A stretch of DNA of 32,000 nt from Caldivirga maquilingensis IC-167. Its GTDB lineage: Archaea > Thermoproteota > Thermoprotei > Thermoproteales > Thermocladiaceae. This document shows positions 26,694 to 32,000 of this stretch, piece by piece. Under the pieces are notes generated by a model, which saw nothing but the letters and a program-made list of their open reading frames with translations, was not told the origin of the DNA and made no database searches. The first letter of the stretch is position 1, and each line of letters starts with the position of its first letter. A program made the position numbers and the translations under genes. The stretch covers positions 1,380,001 to 1,412,000 of the forward strand of contig NC_009954.1 of the NCBI RefSeq assembly GCF_000018305.1, in the 5' to 3' direction.

Positions 26694-27128
26694 ATGGCTA
26701 AGAGAGGTGGACCGCGTACAGTAGGTGTACCGTGGAGGTTTCATTTAACGCCAGGAATATTCATGAATAGTCTAGTTAATGTTGCCGATAACAGTGGTGC
26801 GAAGGTGGTTAAGGTAATTGGTGTTGTTGGTCACTACTCTAAGAACGTGCATAGAAGGATACCCGGGGTTAGCGTGGGTGATATGGTTGTGGTTAGTGTT
26901 CAGGAGGGTAAGCCTGAAATGAGGAAGCAGATACTTAGGGCTATTGTGGTTAGGCAAAGGAGACCCTTCAGGAGGCCTGACGGTACGTGGGTTGCCTTTG
27001 AGGATAATGCAGTAGTTATAGTTACCGAGGAGGGGCAGGTTAAGGGAACTGAGGTTCATGGGCCAGTTGCCATGGAGGCCGCTCAGAGGTGGCCTCAAGT
27101 AGCCTCAATAGCAACCATGATTATTTAA
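26694..27128 (+). CDS. rpl14: 50S ribosomal protein uL14
   Basis: [26 protein letters not shown], ...[29 protein letters not shown]. The match to uL14 (L14/L23e) is unambiguous. Confidence 0.95.
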   Translation: MAKRGGPRTVGVPWRFHLTPGIFMNSLVNVADNSGAKVVKVIGVVGHYSKNVHRRIPGVSVGDMVVVSVQEGKPEMRKQILRAIVVRQRRPFRRPDGTWVAFEDNAVVIVTEEGQVKGTEVHGPVAMEAAQRWPQVASIATMII

Positions 27129-27138
27129 AACATTGAGT

Positions 27139-27191
27139 AGTGATGAGTGCCAAAGACCTGACTCGGTGAGTGAGGGATTTGAACGCTGACT
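27139..27191 (+). ncRNA. C/D box sRNA (dual guide)
   Basis: The element reads ag-[G]TGATGA (C box, 27140-27146), then the 11-nt guide gtgccaaagac, then CTGA (D', 27158-27161). A 5-nt linker leads to TGAGTGA (degenerate C', 27167-27173), the 12-nt guide gggatttgaacg, and CTGA (D, 27186-27189)-ct. The flanking AG/CT can form a 2-bp closing stem. Box order, the 11-12-nt spacers and the ~53-nt size are canonical for archaeal C/D sRNAs. It starts 11 nt after the rpl14 stop. Confidence 0.78.
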
Positions 27192-27408
27192 TCCCTTGGT
27201 GATTAACTTAATTCAATTAATGATAATGCGGAATTTCAAGTAAGGTTCCATTCATAGGCACACCCACTTCTTAGGGATGCGGTGGGATCTTGAAGTATTT
27301 AAAGCGCCTAATGATCCAGCTAGGTAATAATAATGTGGTTCCATAATAAGCGTTTAGAGTGTGGGGAATAGCATTTATGTCTCTCTTGCAATTACGTAAA
27401 GCTTAATA

Positions 27409-28422
27409 GTGGGTTGGCTTAACCACAGTGTTGAATACGTAATGAAAATAATTGTATTTACTAAGGATGGTGAATTACCTAGGGAGTTCACTAAGAGTGA
27501 TGAAGTGGACTCATACCCCCTTACCACTGATGAAACCGTCTTCTCAAGGTATGACTTCATCGGGGTACTTGGCACTGATAGGTTTATACTCAGTGCCCTT
27601 CATAAATTAGCCGGGGTGGATAAACCAATAATAACCATAGGCTACGGTGCAGGTTACTTGAATACTATTAATGTTACGGATTTCGGTGATTTAATGAGTA
27701 GTCTTAAGAAGGGTAATTACACCGTTGAGGCGATACCAACCTTAACCACTGGTCAAGGTTACGTTGCGATTAATGATATTGTCGTAGCACCCACCAGGAG
27801 CGCTACTTTAATGGAGTACACGCTCATTATAAATAATGAATTCGCATGGAGGGATAGTGCTGATGGCTTAATAATAGCCACACCAATAGGTTCAACGGCC
27901 TATGCCCTTAGTGCCGGTGGTGTACTCATATACGGTGGCTTAAGGTCCTTTGAAATAGTACCAATTAATTCAACAAACATAGCCAGGGTTCCAGTCATAG
28001 TTCCTGATGATTCAAGAATAGTGATTAGTGACTTACTTTCAAGAAGTAAGATAGAGGTTATTGCAGATGGATTAGTTAGGAGGAGTGTCAACACAACGAA
28101 GGTAACTGTATTTAAGGGTCCTGAAATTAAACTAGTTAAATTATCCACAGCCACTGCCCTTGACCGCTATAGAAGGATTATTGAATCAATGATAAGTGAC
28201 CTACCTCCAAGCGCTAAACTAATACTTAAGGTACTTGAGTACGAGGGTCCATTAACGCCTAAGGAGATTATTGAAAAGACACTCATACCTCAAAGGACTG
28301 TTAGGGCATCATTAAGATTACTCCTAAGGAAGGGGTTGGTTAATAGGCTTATAGTGCCAAGGGGTAGTAGTAGGTTGGTTGCATACGCGATAAGTAATGG
28401 AACTAAGCTTAACATTAAGTGA
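27409..28422 (+). CDS. nadK: NAD kinase-like protein with C-terminal winged helix-turn-helix domain
   Basis: NadK motifs are present: NDIVV and ADGLIIATPIGSTAYALSAGG. The GGDGT motif is replaced by VLGTDRFIL (27562-27585). The C-terminal 74 aa (28198-28419), LPPSAKLILKVLEYEGPLTPKEIIEKTLIPQRTVRASLRLLLRKGLVNRL, look like a MarR/ArsR-type wHTH. The likely true start is ATG 27442 (MKIIVFTKDG). Confidence 0.65.
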   Translation: MGWLNHSVEYVMKIIVFTKDGELPREFTKSDEVDSYPLTTDETVFSRYDFIGVLGTDRFILSALHKLAGVDKPIITIGYGAGYLNTINVTDFGDLMSSLKKGNYTVEAIPTLTTGQGYVAINDIVVAPTRSATLMEYTLIINNEFAWRDSADGLIIATPIGSTAYALSAGGVLIYGGLRSFEIVPINSTNIARVPVIVPDDSRIVISDLLSRSKIEVIADGLVRRSVNTTKVTVFKGPEIKLVKLSTATALDRYRRIIESMISDLPPSAKLILKVLEYEGPLTPKEIIEKTLIPQRTVRASLRLLLRKGLVNRLIVPRGSSRLVAYAISNGTKLNIK

Positions 28423-28498
28423 GACTAAAAGTAATATTAGCGTGATTTAGGGTAATACACTGAGAAAAGACTTAATAACCACTCCACTTGATGCATGT

Positions 28499-30028
28499 GT
28501 GGTTATTGTAAGCGTAACGCCTGAAATAGGACTGGATGAGGGATACACCTACTCAGGTGGGTTAGGGGTTCTGGAGGGTGATAAGTTCTACGCCATGGCT
28601 AGGATGAATAAGCCGTACGTAGTCATAACGCTACTCTACAATAATGGCTACGTAGACTACATCTTCGATAACAATAATAACCCAGTACCAGTGCCTCAAA
28701 GACACTCCAAGACCTTTAGAAGCATGCTGAACCCAGCGGGTTACCTTAGGATTAACTTAAAGGATACTGAAGTATACGTAAGCGTACTGGAGTATAGGCT
28801 TAATAATGCTAAGGTAGTCTTCCTAAGCCCTCAATCACCCAGGTGGGCGTATGATTTAGTTGATAGGTTGTACATTGAGAATGACATTGATAGTAAATTC
28901 TACAAGTACGCCCTATTAGCTAAAGGCGCCGCTGAATATATTAGGAGTAGGATTGGTTTAAGGAATGTTGATGTAATAGATCTTCAAGAAGCCTACACCG
29001 CAATGCTTCCACTAGTATTACCTCTACCACCCCAGAAGTACAGGATCATAATACATACACCTGGACCCTGGGGTCATCCATCATTCCCAGCTGAATTATT
29101 TAGGAGGGAATTCGGCTTCAGGTTCTTTGAGGATCCAGTAATATTAACTGAATTAGGCTTATCCATGAGTAGTGAGGTTATTGTTGTTTCTAAGAAGATG
29201 AGGGATGTGGTTTCCAAAGTCATACCGCACCACATGCATAAGGTTAGGGCCGTAACTAATGGTGTTGATGTAATTAGGTGGGTTGATGGGAGGGTGCTTA
29301 AGGCCTACATGGAGGGTGGGTTAAACATTGATGCTTTATCGAGGATAAAGAGGGAGATGGCTAGTGAACTTGAGGCTTACTTATCTAAGTATAAGCCTGG
29401 TTTAAGGATTAATGACTCATTAACGGTGGCTTGGATTAGGAGGTTAACAAGGTATAAGAGACCTGACTTCATACTAAGGTTCATTGAGGAGAACCCCCAA
29501 AGGGATGATGTAGTCTTTGTACTGGGGGGTAAGGCGCATCCATTTGATGAGTGGGGGTTATCAATGATGAGGAGGTTCAGGGAGTTAGCCGCTAAGTACA
29601 GTAACGTGGTTTACATTCATGATTACGACATTAGTGTAGCTAAGAATATTCTACCCAAGGTTAAGCTACTCCTCTTCACCCCCTTCCCAGGTTGGGAGGC
29701 CAGTGGTACATCATTCATGAAGTCATCAATGAATGGAACCCCAACACTAGCCTCAAGGGACGGTGCAGTACCTGAGTTAATCACCGACGGCTTCAATGGT
29801 TGGTTATTTGGGTTTGATGAAAGATACCTAGTGGATATTGGAAGTGACCCAAGGGCCAATGAGATTAATGAGAAGGAGTACTCTGAATTCTCATATAAGC
29901 TTAATCAAGTAATTCAACTATACTATAATAACCGCGACGAATACTGGAAGGTGGCTGTTAACGCCTCATTAACATTAATAAGTAATGCAGATATAGTTAA
30001 TACACTTAAGCAGTATTATAAGCTTTAA
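28499..30028 (+). CDS. glgP: alpha-glucan (glycogen/maltodextrin) phosphorylase, short archaeal GT35 form
   Basis: N-terminal TPEIG...YSGGLGVLEGDKFYAMARMNKPYVVITLLYNNGY. The C-terminal GWEASGTSFMKSSMNGTPTLASRDGAVPELI..GFNGWLFG matches the EASGT..MK PLP-lysine motif. GTG start. Confidence 0.8.
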   Translation: MVIVSVTPEIGLDEGYTYSGGLGVLEGDKFYAMARMNKPYVVITLLYNNGYVDYIFDNNNNPVPVPQRHSKTFRSMLNPAGYLRINLKDTEVYVSVLEYRLNNAKVVFLSPQSPRWAYDLVDRLYIENDIDSKFYKYALLAKGAAEYIRSRIGLRNVDVIDLQEAYTAMLPLVLPLPPQKYRIIIHTPGPWGHPSFPAELFRREFGFRFFEDPVILTELGLSMSSEVIVVSKKMRDVVSKVIPHHMHKVRAVTNGVDVIRWVDGRVLKAYMEGGLNIDALSRIKREMASELEAYLSKYKPGLRINDSLTVAWIRRLTRYKRPDFILRFIEENPQRDDVVFVLGGKAHPFDEWGLSMMRRFRELAAKYSNVVYIHDYDISVAKNILPKVKLLLFTPFPGWEASGTSFMKSSMNGTPTLASRDGAVPELITDGFNGWLFGFDERYLVDIGSDPRANEINEKEYSEFSYKLNQVIQLYYNNRDEYWKVAVNASLTLISNADIVNTLKQYYKL

Positions 30029-30124
30029 GGGAGCAACCAAGCCTCATAACTGCCTAATACCGGTGTAGTAAAGGTAGGTTTTCTACTGGAAATGAAGTAA
30101 TACTTAGTGTTAAATTATTGTTAA

Positions 30125-30676
30125 TCACATTACAGTGGGTTTACTGCTTTTACGCGTGTTTATGATTATGTATTTTCCATCATCTGGTACTGGCCTGTGT
30201 ACGTGATCCCTCATGTCTACTATTATCTTAATGCGTCTTGAGTTGCTTAAGCACTCATTAATCATGAATCTAATAACCTCAACTGGGGTAACACCCCTGG
30301 CCGTGCATATTCCTAATTCCTCAAATATATTCTTAAGCAGTAATGAACATGCCTGCAGCCTTAGGCACCGTTCGCATATTGTGCCGCATATTGATGATAT
30401 TACGTGGAGTTCCTTATTCTGATACAGTAATGCGAAGTCCAGTATCCTTATTGAATCATCATTAACCTCAAATGAGGCCAGGAGAAGCGGGTTAGTGGCC
30501 AACTTGACAATACCCTTATTCACTGTTAATATACCCATTTTCTTAAACTTCCTTACCCTACGGTAAACCGGGGGTGATTTATCACCCCTAATAGCCTTAT
30601 TAATGTAAGCTAAGTCTCCAAGTAACTTATCCAACTCCCCCTCGTTTACTAGTATTAGGTTAATGGACTTCTGCAT
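30125..30676 (-). CDS. hypothetical protein, Cys-rich (CX3CX2CX5C), possible N-terminal HTH
   Basis: 183 aa with no family I can recognise. The cysteine cluster SSICGTICERCLRLQAC lies at 30347-30388, and two further Cys follow. The basic segment SPPVYRRVRKFKKMGILTVNKG could be a recognition helix plus wing. A TATA-like box sits 26 nt upstream. Confidence 0.5.
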   Translation of the reverse strand: MQKSINLILVNEGELDKLLGDLAYINKAIRGDKSPPVYRRVRKFKKMGILTVNKGIVKLATNPLLLASFEVNDDSIRILDFALLYQNKELHVISSICGTICERCLRLQACSLLLKNIFEELGICTARGVTPVEVIRFMINECLSNSRRIKIIVDMRDHVHRPVPDDGKYIIINTRKSSKPTVM

Positions 30677-30695
30677 ATGTATAGTTTATTTCGCA

Positions 30696-30707
30696 TATTT
30701 AATAAAA
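30696..30707 (-). promoter_or_regulatory. TATA-like box (minus-strand TTTTATTAAATA) for the orphan Cys-rich gene
   Basis: Centred 26 nt upstream of the ATG at 30676 on the minus strand. Confidence 0.4.
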
Positions 30708-30764
30708 GCGGAGGAATTATGCAGAAAAAGCATATGTTAAATATATAGATGCGATCATGCGGCA

Positions 30765-30820
30765 TATATTACATGAACATAATTACGTAATTTATATTAC
30801 ATGAACATAATTACGTAATT
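30765..30820. repeat. perfect 28-bp tandem direct duplication (2 copies of TATATTACATGAACATAATTACGTAATT), each containing the 12-bp palindrome AATTACGTAATT
   Basis: Copy 1 is 30765-30792 and copy 2 is 30793-30820, identical at 28/28 positions plus one extra matching T. Copy 2 contains the last codons and stop of ksgA (AAA ATT ACG TAA on the minus strand). Confidence 0.95.
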
Positions 30821-31632
30821 TTCCCCATGTTGATTAAAACATTAACCAGTTCAGCAACCTCATTAACGCTTAACTCCCTAACCCTCTTATTAAGTAAGTA
30901 ACTAGGCGCTTCCCCCTCTCTTAAACCGTAAAACTGCTTAATAACTTTAATAGCCTTCTTATTAGGCTGGGTGAATAATTTACTTGTTAAGGATTCTAAA
31001 GCCCTAACATCAACGCATGGTTTAGGTAAGGGCTTCAACTCAACAATTGCTGAATACACCTTAGGCCTTGGCCAAAAGGCCCATGGAGGCACATGCTTAA
31101 TTACCTTAACTAGACTCAGGCATTGGGTAATCACAGAAAGCCTACCGTAATCCGTGGAGCCAGGCTTAGCTGCAAGCCTTAAGGCCACCTCCCTCTGCAG
31201 CGTTAATATTAGTTTCCTAGCCCCGTAATCGGTTAGTAATCTTAACAGTAACCTTGATGTAATGCTATAGGGTATGTTTGAAACCACGGTTAATTCAATA
31301 GGTGGCTTGTAGGTTAATGCATCACATATGAATAAGTCAGCGTTAACTTCACTCAACCCAATAGCCTTAATGGCCTTGATCATCATTGGATTCACATCAC
31401 ATGCGAACACGTGTTGAGCATACTTAGCTAAGTAATGCGTTAAGTAACTTAAACCAAACCCCACCTCAAGAACCTTCTCATCCTTAGCTAATTGCGCAAT
31501 GGTGTTAAGGTAAACTGGATCAACCATGAAGTGCACATCGCCACCAACCCTAATTCCAAGCCCTAGGGCTGACTTAGCTAACTTAATTAGAGTCCACTTA
31601 TCGACTGCGTAAAAGTCATTAAGCGACACCAC
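30811..31632 (-). CDS. ksgA: 16S rRNA (adenine-N6,N6)-dimethyltransferase KsgA/Dim1
   Basis: HFMVDP (HFL.D), VLEVGFGLSYLTHYL (SAM motif I), VFACDVNP, and VVSNIPYSITSRLL. I place the start at GTG 31632 or 31629. The track's ATG at 31770 would overlap the divergent HD-domain gene by about 130 nt. Confidence 0.8.
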   Translation of the reverse strand: MVSLNDFYAVDKWTLIKLAKSALGLGIRVGGDVHFMVDPVYLNTIAQLAKDEKVLEVGFGLSYLTHYLAKYAQHVFACDVNPMMIKAIKAIGLSEVNADLFICDALTYKPPIELTVVSNIPYSITSRLLLRLLTDYGARKLILTLQREVALRLAAKPGSTDYGRLSVITQCLSLVKVIKHVPPWAFWPRPKVYSAIVELKPLPKPCVDVRALESLTSKLFTQPNKKAIKVIKQFYGLREGEAPSYLLNKRVRELSVNEVAELVNVLINMGKIT

Positions 31633-31642
31633 AGGGGTGATT

Positions 31643-32000
31643 ATGCTTAACCTATGGAGACTTTTAAAACTAGTGGATTCATTATCCGGGATACCTAGGA
31701 TAGGGTGGGTTAATGCCGGTGTCAAGAATCCTGAAACCGTGGCTGAGCACACGCTCCTGGTATCATACATAGCCGCCTCCCTAGCTAAGTCAATGGGTTT
31801 TGATGCAGGTAAGGCATCATTATTAGCGTTAATTCATGATGCCGCGGAATCAGTGACAGGTAATGTGGCAAGGGTTGTTAGGGATAGAATGGGGTTAAGC
31901 CAGTGGAGGATGATTGAGGCAAGCATAGTTGGGGAATTGGGGTTCAGCAACGAGTTTGATGAGTACGTTAACTTAAAGAGCCCTGAGGCAATTATAGTTG
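31643..32000 (+). CDS. HD-domain phosphohydrolase (YfbR-like), 3' end beyond the window
   Basis: Absent from the ORF track because it is open at the edge. Hand translation gives MLNLWRLLKLVDSLSGIPRIGWVNAGVKNPETVAEHTLLVSYIAASLAKSMGFDAGKASLLALIHDAAESVTGNV..., carrying R.GW, the E.VAEH motif and the HD motif. Confidence 0.75.
   Translation, partial: MLNLWRLLKLVDSLSGIPRIGWVNAGVKNPETVAEHTLLVSYIAASLAKSMGFDAGKASLLALIHDAAESVTGNVARVVRDRMGLSQWRMIEASIVGELGFSNEFDEYVNLKSPEAIIV

Noticed and set aside
27131-27215. Possibility that the T-arm-like and anticodon-like strings mark a tRNA or tRNA fragment on the minus strand
   Set aside because: On the minus strand the T-loop-like segment precedes the anticodon-like segment. 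The would-be T stem (CAGCG/CCCTC) does not pair, and no acceptor or D arm exists. The + strand C/D box architecture explains both strings as antisense guides.
31633-31770. 5' extension of the ksgA ORF to ATG 31770
   Set aside because: The extension has no KsgA homology (MYDTRSVCSATVSGFLTPALTHPILG...). It is antisense to the well-supported N-terminus of the HD-domain gene.

Overview
This looks like a core chromosomal segment from a crenarchaeon. My best guess is Thermoproteales (Caldivirga/Vulcanisaeta-like). That guess rests only on gene content, AGG/AGA/TTA codon bias, TATA-like boxes about 25 nt upstream of start codons, and poly-Thr-anchored binding proteins. I support about 30 protein genes, one tRNA and one small RNA.

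Three themes stand out:
- **RNA maturation genes.** Nog1-type GTPase (cut by the left edge), Trm1, fibrillarin, Elp3, RNase P protein Rpp30, tRNA-His(GUG), KsgA/Dim1, an isolated uL14 gene, and a canonical C/D box sRNA that is not in the ORF track.
- **Carbohydrate genes.** Cytoplasmic GH3 beta-glucosidase and an Opp/Dpp-type ABC importer split over three transcription units: two permeases, two ATPases plus a PH-domain membrane protein, and two heavily Thr-rich binding proteins anchored at opposite termini. A short GT35 alpha-glucan phosphorylase also belongs here.
- **Accessory or decayed material.** An internally deleted TnpB (IS200/IS605-type) remnant, a HisC-like 3' gene fragment, and a HEPN/nucleotidyltransferase toxin-antitoxin pair next to tRNA-His.

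Other genes are proteasome beta, TatD, DUF123/GIY-YIG, CobA, a large radical SAM enzyme, a DsrE-like protein, a 624-aa polytopic membrane protein, an HD hydrolase (cut by the right edge), and an NAD-kinase-like protein fused to a winged helix.

The most interesting signals:
- The C/D sRNA has a D guide complementary to the tRNA T-arm, predicting Cm56. Its D' guide is complementary to what looks like a tRNA-Gln(UUG) anticodon arm, predicting Um34.
- A perfect 28-bp tandem duplication carries AATTACGTAATT palindromes upstream of an orphan Cys-rich protein.
- The PH-domain gene is translationally coupled to the ABC ATPases.
- The NadK-like protein has a degenerate GGDG motif alongside its wHTH fusion.

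I found no CRISPR array, rRNA or intact mobile element. All homology statements come from reading motifs by eye; no searches were run.
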